A stretch of DNA of 64,000 nt from Eledone cirrhosa (GCA_964016885.1 OZ024754.1:42036001-42100000); one strand, 5' to 3'. Numbered from the stretch's first letter, positions 1 to 13,284 are shown. Notes: generated from the letters alone by a model not told the origin. A program made the numbers and translations.

Positions 1-979
1 AAATCATTACCAGATACTCTTAACATCCTGCACCACATGAAACCACATTAGCAAGACATTCTCTTGAAAAATAAAGAACACTATAAAATGCATCACAACA
101 ATCTCTCCACTAGTGAAGATACTATAAACATTTGAATTGCAGGGTGTTAAGATTTAAACCTTTCTCTTGTGACACAGGTAAGGACTGCAAATGTTATATC
201 ATTCTAGTTGTGAGTGTGGTCTGGGACGATGTCAGTGGTAGATTGAAGAATTTTCAAAATCAACCAACTAATTCCTAACATTTTACCATTTAGAAGAAAT
301 AAAAATGTTTGACAAGCGTCAAGAACTGTGATGTAAAAATAAAAAAAAAATATTGGAAGATGATTATCAAAATGAGAAATTGGAGAGTTAAAGAATTTAT
401 GCTGACACTTTGCTTCTACCTGTAACTTACCTGTAATATTGTCCATATGTCTCCAAGATCAACAGTGAATTAGTTCACTCTTGTTGACTGCCTGTGTTGC
501 TATCGTGTGATAATGTGTTCATTGTTCATCAAAATAGTTAACTAGCTCCTTTATTTTTTTCCTTAATGAGAAGCAATCTAATTTATGATTGTGGCTGGAC
601 CATGAAAGAAGAGGAGCAGAACTTCTACAGACACAGTAATGCCAATGGGAACATTTTAACCCTTTTTTTTTCATATCAAACTCAGCCAAAACTCTTTCTG
701 GCTCTATGAAACTAAACCACCCATTTTTAAAGGGTTCTAATTTAATTTGAAATCTTCCAAAATAATTTTATACAGGAACCATATTGTTGAGTAAAATTTA
801 ATAATTTTAGTAAATCTCTCAAAATTCTTCATTAATTGAAATAAAGTCATGAAAGATTTAAGAACATTCACACACACACACAAATAAAATTATATATAAA
901 TAAAAAAGCAGTTGATCAGTAAAAACAATGTTTTCTTTGTCCCATTTTATATAAATGAATGTGATGATTGTATTTTTAA

Positions 980-1247
980 TTAACCCTTTACCATTTACAT
1001 TCCCCTACCATGAAAATACAATAGTATATATATATAAAGTCTTTACCTCACATAACATGTACATTACTCTATATATATACTATTGTATTTTCATGGTAAA
1101 GGCTTTACCTCAGATAATATCTCACATATGTATATTACTCTATATATACTATTGTATTTTCATGGTAAAGGCTTTATCCCACAATATCGAATCTATGAGA
1201 TTTGATATTATTTATTTTGAGAACAATACCTTAACATCAGTATGAGC
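980..1247 (+). mobile_element. TTAA-flanked MITE (piggyBac-like), partial, with internal duplication
   Basis: Begins TTAA-CCCTTTACCATTTACATT and shares its internal sequence with the complete copy at 6584-6810. Confidence 0.65.
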
Positions 1248-1270
1248 GACAGGGCCAAGAGGCCCACTTT

Positions 1271-1425
1271 ATCAAGATTTAGGGAGGTGACATGTCCTCA
1301 TGACCAGGATATCAAGATTTAGAGAGGAGACATTCTTGTGATCAGGAAACCAAGATTTAGGGAGTTGACACATCCTTAGAACCAGAAGTACGTCAATACT
1401 TAAGGTGACACATTCTCATGACTTG
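1271..1425. repeat. Degenerate ~39-bp tandem repeat
   Basis: Recurrent CAAGATTTAGGGAGGTGACA..TCCT..TGACCAGGA, about 4 copies. Confidence 0.55.
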
Positions 1426-1509
1426 AAGACCAAAATAAAATGTCAGTGGAGACAGAATGGGGAAAAACCAACCAAAAGCTGTGCCAGGATAGTAAAAAAA
1501 TTACTGCTC

Positions 1510-1685
1510 TGATTTAGACACAGGGCCAACAATTTTAGGAGTGGAAAATCAATTAAATCAATCCCAGTGCATTACTGGTACTTTATTTTATCCATCCTTA
1601 CAGGATGAAAGGCAAAGCTAACCTTGATAACTGTGCTGTAAAGTGTGCTGTCTGACACTCTGCCAATTATTTCCAATCCACTTCC
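1510..1685 (-). mobile_element. tRNA-derived SINE family B, degraded
   Basis: Core ACTGGTACTTTATTTTATC..GGATGAAAGGCAAAGCTAACC is shared with more than 10 copies in the window. Confidence 0.65.
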
Positions 1686-3404
1686 CTTAGGATAGTAAAC
1701 AAAAATAATACAATATATATTTTTAAAATAACAAACTTCAAGTTAATATTAACAAGAAGAGTATTGTCCAACTCAGTTCCGTTTAAATGCCAACATTTTT
1801 AGAAAGAATCGCCTAAAGAAATATTTATTTTGAATATTCCGGAATTTATTACTTAAGAGGATTTATTAGAAAATTGGTGGTGGTTATGGTGGTGATGCTG
1901 GTTATGGTGATGATGTCAACAAGATTAATGAATTCAACTTGATAAACAAATAAACAGCTTTTAACAGTAACACTACAAAACTAATTTACATTAGCACTCT
2001 CTTTCCCACTGTGTCCCTCCATCTCTCTGTCTTTTGACATTAAATAATTTTTTAATTCTTTTACTTGTTTCAGTCAATAGACTGTGGCCATGCTGGGGCT
2101 CTTCCTTAAAGTTAATCATATCTTCCCCCAGTACTTTTTTTTTTGAATCTGATATTTATTTTATCGATCTCTTTTTGTCAAACTGCTAAGTTAAGATACA
2201 TACACACACACACACATATCATCATCATCATCATTTTACGTCTGCTTTCCATGATGGTGTGGGTTGAGTAGGTTATCAAAGTCAGAGAGATCTAATCCAA
2301 CACCCTAACCACTAGGACATGTACCTCCACATTTCTTCCAAGTCCAAGTTTATCAAACACTAAAGAATGAAAGACAAAGTTAATTTTCATGGGACTTGAA
2401 CTCAGAATACAGAGAGCTGCATAAAATACTAAAGTACTTAATCAGCAAATTTGATGCTTTTAAATTATTTAGAAGTTGGAAAAACTATTAAATCTAATCT
2501 AATCTGGTCAAATTTACACTCGCAAATAAGAACCTGGGCCGTCCCTAGGAGCATTGGATTTGGTGTACTTCGTATTTGTTTCTGTTGCTGAATACAATCA
2601 GGGGTCACTGCTTCTCCTGAAGGTCAATAGTTCTCTTCTAACTCGAGCGGGAGCGCCTTTCCATTGTCAATTTACATTGATCGTCTGCAAAGCCGCATTG
2701 TTCTCAGAACCACTACACCAGTCTTTCGATGCAGCTGGAACTACTGCCAGCCATTGACTTGGCAGGATCGTTTCGATGACCGTTGACTCTGATGAGTTCT
2801 TCCGCCCTTTGTCAGGTTTCGTTTTTTTGTCCTGCAGAGTGTCCAAAATCACCCTCCTCACCAAGTAAACTTGGTGGGGTTGCCGGTTTAGTCGCCGACG
2901 ACCCGACCATGCGACAGGTTGTACTGGGTTACATGTTACCAGTAGCACTCAAGAGTGACCTGAAACAGAAACTATTAAAAATGGTAAAAAAATGACAAAT
3001 ACTAGAAATTTGTGAAAGAAAAAACAGCTGAAGATTGCTAAAAGCCTTTGGAAATAGTTGGAGAATGGTAGAAATTGTGAAATGGTTATAAAATGATGGA
3101 AATGCTGCAATTGATCAGAGATATTTTGAAATTAAGCGAGAAAATTGGAAATAACTATTATTGGAAAATGTCTGAAATTGTTTTAAATTATTGACAGGGA
3201 AAGAAATAATTTAGTAATTGCTGAAAACAGATATGTCTTCTTGGAAAATGATGTTTGTATATTGTAGGAGTTTCATATTAAAACATTGACTAAAAATCAA
3301 TTGAAAATAACAGTTATTGTAATAAAACAAACAAAATATTATAAAACTGTAAATTACTGTTCAGAGTAAAAAACATTTACTTATATTAGAAATCTGAAAC
3401 GTTC

Positions 3405-4910
3405 AGCCATTGTAGCTACACTGTGGCTACAGTGGCCAGACTAGCTACACTGTGGCCAGACTAGCTACACTGTGGTCACACTAGCTACACTGTGGTCACA
3501 CTAGCTACACTGTGGTCACACTGTGGCCACACTAGCTACACTGTGGCCACACTAGCTACACTGTGGCCACACTAGCTACACTGTGGTCACACTAGCTACA
3601 CTGTGGCCACACTAGCTACACTGTGGCCAGACTAGCTACACTGTAGCCACACTGTGGCCACACTAGCTACACTGTGGCCACACTAGCTACACTGTGGCCA
3701 CACTAGCTACACTAGCTACACTGTGGTCACACTAGCTACACTGTGGTCACACTAGCTACACTGTGGTCACACTAGCTACACTGTGGTCACACTAGCTACA
3801 CTGTGGCCAGACTAGCTACACTGTAGCCACACTGTGGCCACACTAGCTACACTGTGGTCACACTAGCTACACTGTGGCCACACTAGCTACACTGTGGTCA
3901 CACTAGCTACACTGTGGCCACACTAGCTACACTGTGGCCAGACTAGCTACACTGTAGCCACACTGTGGCCACACTAGCTACACTGTGGCCACACTAGCTA
4001 CACTAGCTACACTGTGGTCACACTAGCTACACTGTGGTCACACTAGCTACACTGTGGTCACACTAGCTACACTGTGGTCACACTAGCTACACTGTGGCCA
4101 GACTAGCTACACTGTAGCCACACTGTGGCCACACTAGCTACACTGTGGCCACACTAGCTACACTGTGGCCACACTAGCTACACTAGCTACACTGTGGTCA
4201 CACTAGCTACACTGTGGTCACACTAGCTACACTGTGGTCACACTAGCTACACTGTGGTCACACTAGCTACACTGTGGCCACACTAGCTACACTGTGGCCA
4301 GACTAGCTACACTGTAGCCACACTAGCTACACTGTGGCCACACTAGCTACACTGTGGCCAGACTAGCTACACTGTGGCCAGACTAGCTACACTGTAGCCA
4401 CACTAGCTACACTGTGGCCACACTAGCTACACTGTGGCCAGACTAGCTACACTGTAGCCACACTAGCTACACTGTGGTCACACTAGCTACACTGTGGTCA
4501 CACTAGCTACACTGTGGCCAGACTAGCTACACTGTGGTCACACTAGCTACACTGTGGTCACACTAGCTACACTGTGGCCACACTAGCTACACTGTGGCCA
4601 GACTAGCTACACTGTAGCTACACTGTGGCCACACTAGCTACACTGTAGCCACACTAGCTACACTGTGGCCACACTAGCTACACTGTGGCCACACTAGCTA
4701 CACTGTAGCCACACTGTGGCCACACTAGCTACACTGTGGCCAGACTAGCTACACTGTAGCTACACTGTGGCTACACTGTAGCCACACTGTGGCCACACTA
4801 GCTACACTGTGGCCACACTAGCTACACTGTGGCCACACTAGCTACACAGTGGCCACACTAGCTACACTGTGGCCACACTAGCTACACTGTAACCACACTG
4901 TGGCCACTGT
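3405..4910. repeat. 20-bp minisatellite (CACTAGCTA CACTGTGGCCA)n
   Basis: ~1.5 kb tandem array made of 9-bp and 11-bp subunits containing the palindromes TAGCTA and TGTGGCCACA. Confidence 0.95.
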
Positions 4911-5356
4911 AACCCCACTCCAACTTCTCCAGTCTCTCATGTTTTCTCACATTCTATAATGACAAAATCCTAAGTGTGGTTCAACTGACCTAATAACACC
5001 TACTTTCATATTGTTTACAGAGAGAACTATAGAACTTATGACACTCCCTGGTCGTGGGGGGGGGGGGGGTAGTGGCGGTAGTAGTAGTGGTGGTGGTGGC
5101 GTTGGTGGTGGTGGTAGTGGTGGTAGTAGCAGCAACAGTAGTAGTAGTAGTAGTAGTAGTATAGTAGTAATGATAGTAGCAGTAGTAGTACTAGCAGCAG
5201 TATTAGAAATCAGAGGTCCAACAACACACACATACACTCACATACACACATATATACACATACACACATATATACACACACACACAATGAGCTGCCACAC
5301 AGTTTCTGTCTCCCAAATTTCGTTCTCACGGTTTTGGTCAACCCGAGGTTAAAATT

Positions 5357-5565
5357 GTGTCTACTTTAAGCACAAGGTCAGCAATTTGAGGGGGGGGGGG
5401 GGCAATTAACCCCAGTACATTACTGGTACTTTATTTTATCAACCCAGCAAGGGTGAAAGACAAAGCTAACCTCGGCAGGATTTGAACTCAGAACGTAAAG
5501 GGCCATAACTCTATGCTGCAAAGCATGTTGTTCGAAGCTCTACCGATTCTGCCAATCCACCGCTG
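5357..5565 (-). mobile_element. tRNA-derived SINE family B
   Basis: A-box-like TGGCAGAATCGGTAGAGC and B-box GAGTTCAAATCC on the minus strand, plus the shared core and tail. Confidence 0.8.
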
Positions 5566-6054
5566 TTTATTATAACCCGAGGTTATAATAAAAATAGAAG
5601 ACCCTCCGCTAAGCTGTCACACAGTAGGTTTAAACCCCAAACCACATGACTGTATAATAAATTCCTTAACCAACCACACAACCCTGCCACTGTAAATATT
5701 TTGTCTAACTTCCCTGGTTTGTTGTTGAATTTTTTTTTCCCCGTACCAAAACCAAAATAGCCACAAAATAAACAGAAATAAAAAAATAATTTAAATTCAA
5801 AAATTCTTAAATCAAAAACAAACAAACTTTTTTTCTTTTAAATCCTGAAACCAATAAAACGATTCCTTGCCACTAAAATAAACAGTAAACAGGATATAGT
5901 TTATAAAACCTTCCTTATTTAGCTCCACATGTAGAGAGTAAACTTATCTCAAAATCTTGATATTTATAAAAACAAACGAAAGAAAATTCCAGTCTCGTGT
6001 TTACCCATTTCCTTTTTTTATTTTTTATTTAGAATTGTATTATAAACATCTTAT

Positions 6055-6190
6055 ATAAGAACCTATATACAATATATTTATGTATAAGAAACCTATTGTA
6101 TAAGAACCTATATACAAAATATTTATGTATAAGAAACTTGTATAAGAACCTATATACAATATATTTATGTATAAGAAACCTGTTGTATAT
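6055..6190. repeat. ~43-bp AT-rich tandem repeat, 3 copies
   Basis: TATAAGAACCTATATACAATATATTTATGTATAAGAAAC repeated. Confidence 0.75.
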
Positions 6191-6221
6191 AAAATAAAAG
6201 TCTAAAGTCTGTCTTAAGCCA

Positions 6222-6475
6222 GAAGGCTCATTTGGCCGGTGCTTATCCCAGTTTCATGGTGTGAAGCGACTGAGAATACAAGACTCACCCCTGGACAGGA
6301 CACCAGTCCATCGCAGGGTTAAACCTCCAGCTATTACTGGTACTCATTTTCAGCTGAGTATACTGGAGCAACGTGAAATGAAGTGTTTTGCTCAAGAACA
6401 CAACTTACAACCCAGGAATTGAACCCACCACATTATGATCGTAAGTCCAACACACGACTTGGCCACGTACCTCCT
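6222..6475 (-). mobile_element. tRNA-derived SINE with family A-type head/body and a different 3' module
   Basis: B-box GGTTCAATTCC and body TTGAGCAAAACACTTCATTTCACGTTGCTCCAGT as in 19606-19948. The 3' part differs (CCAGTCCATCGCAGGG on +). Confidence 0.75.
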
Positions 6476-6583
6476 CTACTACATAGAGTAGTAATGTCAA
6501 TATATTTCAACATTTACATAAAAGTATTATAACAATCACTACTGGCCTAGTTAACTTCCTCTGCCATTTTCACTATTAAAGGT

Positions 6584-6810
6584 TTAACCCTTTACAATTT
6601 ACATTACTCTATATACTATTGTATTTTTGCAATAAAGGCTTTACCTCACATAATGATCTCAAATAATATCGAATCTATGGGATTTTGATATTATTTATTT
6701 TGAGAACAATACCTTAACATCGGTATAAGTGGCCGGTTACAGCTGGTTTGAACAGAAAGAGGTGAAAGAATTCTGGCCGGATATGGCCAGTTTAAAAGCT
6801 AAAGGGTTAA
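6584..6810 (+). mobile_element. Complete TTAA-flanked MITE (piggyBac-like)
   Basis: TTAA|CCCTTT...AAAGGG|TTAA: TTAA target duplication with CCC/GGG termini. Confidence 0.8.
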
Positions 6811-7031
6811 AGAATTTACCAGAAGTTTCTGTGATCTTAAATTGAAAGATTCCCATAAACTGGACCTACAACTGTTGAGCCACGCCTTTATCTACATTGT
6901 CTTGCTTGATAGCAATTCCTTGAGATGTTCTATGTTTCAAACTATGGGGAACTTGGTAGAGTACATTTATTTCTGTGACTTTTGCTGAGTAAAACTGAAT
7001 CCCACAACTTGGCATTCATCTTCTGTGTTTC

Positions 7032-7220
7032 AGGTCATCTCTAGCTACACAATGAAACCAAGACTAAACTGAGGTCATCTCTAGCTACACAATGAAACCA
7101 AGACTAAACTGAGGTCATCTCTAGTTACATAATGAAACCAAGACTAAACTGAGGTCATCTCTAGCTACATAATGAAACCAGGACTAAACTGAGGTCATCT
7201 CTAGCTACACAATGAAACCA
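7032..7220. repeat. 40-bp minisatellite, ~4.7 copies
   Basis: GAGGTCATCTCTAGCTACACAATGAAACCAAGACTAAACT in tandem. Confidence 0.9.
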
Positions 7221-8772
7221 CAACTAATTAGCAAAATATGTGCCGTTAATGTTTCATTGAATATATTCTAAACTCCCCACACATACACAAACACACACAC
7301 GCATCACACTCAACAGGATCAATCTAGTTAAGCTCACACCTCTCTCCCACACTCATACACTCAACAGAACCAACCTAGTTTAGTTATGTCCAAGAGGAAA
7401 CCTTTGATTCAACTTGATATTTAAAATAATTATATACACTGTAAAAGTAAAAGTTTAAACAACATCCAGTCAGACAGTGAAATATTATTGTGAAATATCA
7501 ATATGGCATTGGACAAAGGTCTGCGCATTTTATTCCCAAGTCAATGATCCTAACTTTAAACAAAAGTACAATACGTTGGACTAATTCAAAATAAAATGTC
7601 AATTTCCTAAATTGAGGAAAAATGAAATTACTGAGACCAATTGAAAACTAAATTGATTAAACAAACAATAGAAAATATTAAAAAAAGAATATGTTAAAAA
7701 AAAATAGGGAATACGGGGTTTTAAATGTATTTGTTGTATTTATGTCTCTCATGCTTCAAGAATTTATCATGGGGCAATTTTAAATACCAAACAACAAACA
7801 TCAAATCTTCACTGAATAGTTGAAACAGTTTTCTACATTTCTCACATATTATGTTTTGGTTGACTTTGACCCAAGTAATGCTTGCATTGACATTTGTCAG
7901 TGAGCTGGGATCCGTATATTCTTGTTAGTATTGTGTCAGTAAATTTCAGAGTTGGCTCTGACCTCAATTCAATGGAAATGACATAACAAAGGCTATTTAA
8001 CATGAGTGAGGAGTGGAATGGAGTGGAGTGGAGTGGATTGGAATAGAGTGGAGGTGGGTGAGGGAAGGGATGGGCAAGTGTAAATCACTTTGAGAGATAA
8101 ATGGGAGCAAATGAGTGTCACTCTAGTCATACAGGAAACTAACTTTACAATTTAGACATCACCATCACCATCGTCATCATCATCATCATCATCACCATCA
8201 CTCTCATCATCGTCCTTATCATTATCACCATCGTCATCATCATCATCACCATCGTCATCGTTTAATGGCTATTTCCCCCCTGCTAGCAAGGGTTGGACAT
8301 ATTGTCACAGACTGGTCAATTTTTCAAGCAGCGTCTCTGATTCTAGGTCCACTGAAAGTCTGACATAAGAACCAGAACTTTATTGTGGCACGGCACCAAC
8401 ACTAGGGGGAGTTGTTATGTCAATGGCACAGCTCCACTGTGCTCGCATCTCTTTGATGGTCAAGTTTTCTACTGCTAGATATCCTTCTATCAGCAACTAC
8501 TTTACAGAGCGTACTGGGTGGCTGTTTATAGTATAAACATAAGCTAGTCAAAGGGAATCAGTACAGCTTATTCACTCAATCATATTATAAGGTTTGTATG
8601 TTAGAAATATGAGCCTATAACCCAGATATGTAACCCTATAATCAGTAAGATGTGGGTAATGATATTTGTGTATCATATAAACCTGGACTGTCAAGCAGTT
8701 TCTGTGCTCCAGTCTGCCAACAATAGTTCCAACTGCAACTATTATTCACAGTAGTTAGGTAATATCAGCAGC

Positions 8773-9267
8773 CATTATATAACTTGGTGCTGGAAAAACG
8801 TCCTCAGCAGGTGATCACCTCCTCAGTACATTAATCAAAACATAGTTGACATCACACAAGAAAGAAGTAATGGCAGCAACTGAACTTGTATGAGTCATGT
8901 TTAACCCTTTAGCATTTAAACTGGTCGTATCTGACCAGAATTCTCTTGCCTCTTTCTGTTCAAACCAGCTGTAACTGACTGCTCATACTTATGTTAACCC
9001 TTTAGCATTAAAACCGGCCATATCCGGACAGAATTCTCTCACCTCTTTCTGTTCAAACTGGTTATAACCAGCCACTCATATTGATGTTAAGGTACTGTTC
9101 TCAAAATAAATAATATCAAAATCTCGTAGATTCGATATTATGTCTTTACTTCAAAATATATTAGTAAATAGAGAGTAATGTAAATGCTAAAGGGTTAAAT
9201 AAACTTTTCCATTTATGGGAGGTGATCACCTGCTGAGGACATTTTTCCAGCACCAAGTTATGTAATG
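8773..9267. mobile_element. Element bounded by 50-bp inverted repeats, enclosing MITE copies
   Basis: 8773-8822 is the reverse complement of 9218-9267 with 2 mismatches. Confidence 0.6.
8994..9198 (-). mobile_element. TTAA-flanked MITE, preceded by a partial tandem copy (8901-8997)
   Basis: TTAACCCTTTAGCATT...AATGCTAAAGGGTTAA. It is the reverse orientation of 6584-6810. Confidence 0.8.
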
Positions 9268-9269
9268 TA

Positions 9270-9348
9270 TGTGTGTGTGAAAGAGAGAGAGAGAAAGAGA
9301 CTCCCTCTGTGTGTGTGATTGAGAGAATGTGTGTGAGAGAGAGAGAGG

Positions 9349-9379
<31 letters not shown>

Positions 9380-10198
9380 GGTGTGTGAGAGAGAGAGAGA
9401 GAGTTTGTGTGATTGAGTGAGAGAAAGAGTCCTTCTCTGTATGTGCGTGTGTGTATGTGTATGTGTGTGTGACTAGATATATGTGTGTGTATATGTGTAT
9501 GTGTATGTGACTAGATATATACATATATGTGTGTGACTAGATATGTGTGTGTCACTAGATATATGTGTGTATGTATGTGTGTGTGTATGTGTGTCACTAG
9601 ATATATGTGTGCGTATGTGTCACTAGATAGATGTGTGCATGTATGTGTGTGTATGTGTGTCACTAGATATGTGTGTATGTATGTGTGTGTATGTGTGTCA
9701 CTAGATATATGTGTGTATGTATGTGTGTGTATGTGTGTCACTAGATATATGTGTGTATGTATGTGTGTGTATGTATGTCACTAGATATATGTGTGTATGT
9801 ATGTGTGTGTATGTGTGTCACTAGATATATGTGTGTATGTTAAAATACAAGACACACCACAGACCACATCTGTTTTTATTCTTTTTTACAACAATCCCCC
9901 CCCCCCCTCCGTAATATCAGAATATTTATTTTTCCTTTTTTTTCTCTATCTTTCTATTTTTCTCTATGGTCACCTCTCTCTCTCTCTCTCTCTCTCCCCC
10001 CTCTCTCTCTCCCCCTCTCTCTCTTTCATTCATTGTCTCTCTCTTTCTCTTTCTGTATTTCATTCATTCTCTCTCTCTCTCTATCTGCCCCCCCCCCTAT
10101 CTACCTATCTCCCCCCTCTCTATCTACCTATCTCCCCTTCTCTATCTACCTATCTCCCCCTCTCTCTCTCATTCTTCCCCTCTTTCTCTTTCTGTCTA

Positions 10199-10239
<41 letters not shown>

Positions 10240-10750
10240 CTATCTTCCCCCCTCTCTCTATCTACCTATCTCCCCCTCTCTCTCCCTATCTCCACCCCCT
10301 CTCTATCTACCTAACTCCCCCTTTACCTATCTCCCCCCCACCCACTCTCTCTCTCTCTCTCTTCAAAAATAAACATCAAACCAAACTATATATATTATCC
10401 ACCAAACCAAACTATATATATTATCCACCAAACCCTCAACTAACAAAATATAAAAAACCACAAAAAAAAGATGAACTAAAACTAATTTTATCAAAAAGTG
10501 ATTAATTTGGAGAATTTAAAACAAATAAAATATTTTTGTTTTCTTGTTCAACAGATGTAAATAATGGTTTGGTGGTGGTGGTGGTGGTGTGATGGTGGTG
10601 GTGGTGGTGGTGGTGGTGGAGGTGGTAGTGGTGGTGGTAGTGGTAGTGGTGGTGGTAGTGGTGGTAGTGGTGGTAGTGGTGGTAGTGTTGTTGGTGGTAG
10701 TGGTGGTGGTGGTGGTGGTGGTGGTGGTAGTGGTGGTGGTGGTGGTTATT
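9270..10750. repeat. Compound microsatellites (GA/GT, GTCACTAGATAT unit, CT/CTAT, GGT)
   Basis: Low-complexity tracts read directly. Confidence 0.9.
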
Positions 10751-10846
10751 CATAATATTTATCTGGAGTATCATTAATATTAATAAATGGAAAATATCTT
10801 TATAAATATGGTTTTATAAAGATATTTTCCATTTATTAATATATAT

Positions 10847-10918
<72 letters not shown>

Positions 10919-10921
<3 letters not shown>

Positions 10922-11111
10922 GGAACGAGTAGGACCCCGACGGCTGAGCTCAAGCCGTTTCGACGGCTAATTCTGTCCAGAATTAGCTGTCGAAACGGCT
11001 TGAGCTCAGCCGTCGAGGTCCTACTCGTTCCTATTACCCACTCTACTACCTTAAGTATTGAGTACTCTGGTGCGTTATGGTCCATCTGGTTCCTTACCAC
11101 ATTTCCTTTGT

Positions 11112-11112
<1 letters not shown>
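10919..11112 (+). mobile_element. Fold-back element family H1 in (TA)n, with the 3' half of a hammerhead motif
   Basis: Inverted arms 10919-10975 and 10978-11034. GAAA-CGGCT-TGAGCTC-AGCCG-TC at 10992-11014. (TA)n on both sides. Confidence 0.75.
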
Positions 11113-11143
<31 letters not shown>

Positions 11144-11157
11144 TATACATATATATA

Positions 11158-11383
11158 TAAAGAAAGTGTGGTAAGGAATTAGATGGACCATAACGCACCA
11201 GAGTACTCAATACTTAGGGTAGTAGAGTGGGTAATAGGAAAAGAGTTGGGATCTAGCTGTCGAAAGAGCTGGAGCTCAGCTGTCGGGGTCCTCAACTCTT
11301 TTCCTATTACCCACTCTACTACCCTAAGTATTGAGTACTCTGGTGGGTTATTGTCCATCTGGTTCCTTACCACACTTTCTTTA
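11158..11383 (+). mobile_element. Fold-back element family H1, second copy
   Basis: ~90-bp inverted arms (11158-11248 and 11293-11383) around GATCTAGCTGTCGAAAGAGCTGGAGCTCAGCTGTC. (TA)n flanks. Confidence 0.75.
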
Positions 11384-11684
11384 TATATATATGTATATAT
11401 ATATATTTATATACTTGCCCATGAGTGTTTGAGGATGTGTTAAGTGTGTGTGTGTGTGTGTATGTGTGTATGTGTGTGTGTCTGTATTTGAGAATGTGTG
11501 TATGTGTGTGTATCAGTCTACATCCACAAAGACACCAATATCCAGAACCCAGAATTCCTAAACCAAACCACAAACACCTTCTTCATGTATTGATTGATTG
11601 GGGTTATTGATTGATTGGGGTTATTGATTATAGCACCACAGCTAGATTGGAACTTATGACCTTCCCTCTTTTGGTTGATATATT

Positions 11685-11719
<35 letters not shown>

Positions 11720-11889
11720 GGTGGTGATGGTGGTGGTAGTAGTAGTATTCACTGGTCTTAACTCTGGCATCAGCCCCCCCCCCCCCCTCTTTCTATACAA
11801 CACTACTCTATCAGAAGTGAAAGTTCACATCTTAGTTGTTAGGGTGTAAAGTTCGTGATTGTAAGGACACCTGTTCAATATCTAGCTGT

Positions 11890-13018
11890 ACTGTGTCCTT
11901 GAGCAAGACACTTTATTTCAGATTGCTCCAGTCCACTGTGCCCTTAAGCAAGACACTTTATTTCAGATTGCTCCAGTCCACTGTGCCCTTGAGCAAGATA
12001 CTTTATTTCATGTTGCTCCAGTCCACTGTGCCCTTGAGCAAGACACTTTATTTCACATTGCTCCAGTCCACTGTGCCCTTGAGCAAGATACTTTATTTCA
12101 TGTTGCTCCAGTCCACTGTGCCCTTAAGCAAGACACTTTATTTCACATTGCTCCAGTCCACTGTGCCCTTGAGCAAGATACTTTATTTCATGTTGCTCCA
12201 GTTCACTGTGCCCTTGAGCAAGACACTTTATTTCACATTGCTCCAGTCCACTGTGCCCTTGAGCAAGATACTTTATTTCATGTTGCTCCAGTCCACTGTG
12301 CCCTTAAGCAAGACACTTTATTTCACATTGCTCCAGTCCACTGTGCCCTTGAGCAAGATACTTTATTTCATGTTGCTCCAGTTCACTGTGCCCTTGAGCA
12401 AGACACTTTATTTCACATTGCTCCAGTCCACTGTGCCCTTGAGCAAGATACTTTATTTCATGTTGCTCCAGTCCACTGTGCCCTTAAGCAAGACACTTTA
12501 TTTCACATTGCTCCAGTCCACTGTGCCCTTGAGCAAGATACTTTATTTCATGTTGCTCCAGTTCACTGTGCCCTTAAGCAAGACACTTTATTTCACATTG
12601 CTCCAGTCCACTGTGCCCTTGAGCAAGATACTTTATTTCATGTTGCTCCAGTTCACTGTGCCCTTGAGCAAGACACTTTATTTCACATTGCTCCAGTCCA
12701 CTGTGCCCTTGAGCAAGATACTTTATTTCATGTTGCTCCAGTCCACTGTGCCCTTAAGCAAGACACTTTATTTCACATTGCTCCAGTCCACTGTGCCCTT
12801 GAGCAAGATACTTTATTTCATGTTGCTCCAGTTCACTGTGCCCTTAAGCAAGACACTTTATTTCACATTGCTCCAGTCCACTGTGCCCTTGAGCAAGATA
12901 CTTTATTTCATGTTGCTCCAGTTCACTGTGCCCTTGAGCAAGACACTTTATTTCACATTGCTCCAGTCCACTGTGCCCTTGAGCAAGACACTTTATTTCA
13001 CATTGCTCCAGTCCACAG
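11890..13018 (+). repeat. 45-bp minisatellite (~25 copies) derived from the SINE family A body
   Basis: Unit ACTGTGCCCTTGAGCAAGACACTTTATTTCACATTGCTCCAGTCC matches SINE 19686-19730. A degraded SINE head lies just upstream. Confidence 0.93.
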
Positions 13019-13133
13019 CCTGAAACAGATCTGTTTCTGGAAATCGAAGAAAAGACACAAACCATCGATCATAGTAATTAGTATCAATCACCAATTATTG
13101 ATTTTAAAATTAGAATCCTAAGTAAGGGTAGGT

Positions 13134-13180
<47 letters not shown>

Positions 13181-13182
<2 letters not shown>

Positions 13183-13283
13183 CGAAGAAAGTGTGGTAAG
13201 GAACCAGGAGAACCATAACGCACCAGAGATCTAGCTGTCGAAAAATGGCCGGAGCTCAACTGTTGGGGTCCTGACTCTTTTCC

Positions 13284-13284
<1 letters not shown>
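13181..13284. mobile_element. Family H1 element, short inverted composite
   Basis: Minus-strand 3' end (13181-13227) joined to plus-strand GATCTAGCTGTCGAAAA... (TA)n flanks. Confidence 0.7.

Noticed and set aside
204-640. Host coding exon on the minus strand (donor at 425-433)
   Set aside because: There is only a splice-like motif. The frames are short and I recognise no protein.
6815-7030. Possible exon of unique sequence
   Set aside because: There are stops in the frames I translated and no recognisable product.
11836-13023. 395-aa repeat ORF
   Set aside because: It is a 45-bp SINE-derived satellite whose unit length is a multiple of 3.
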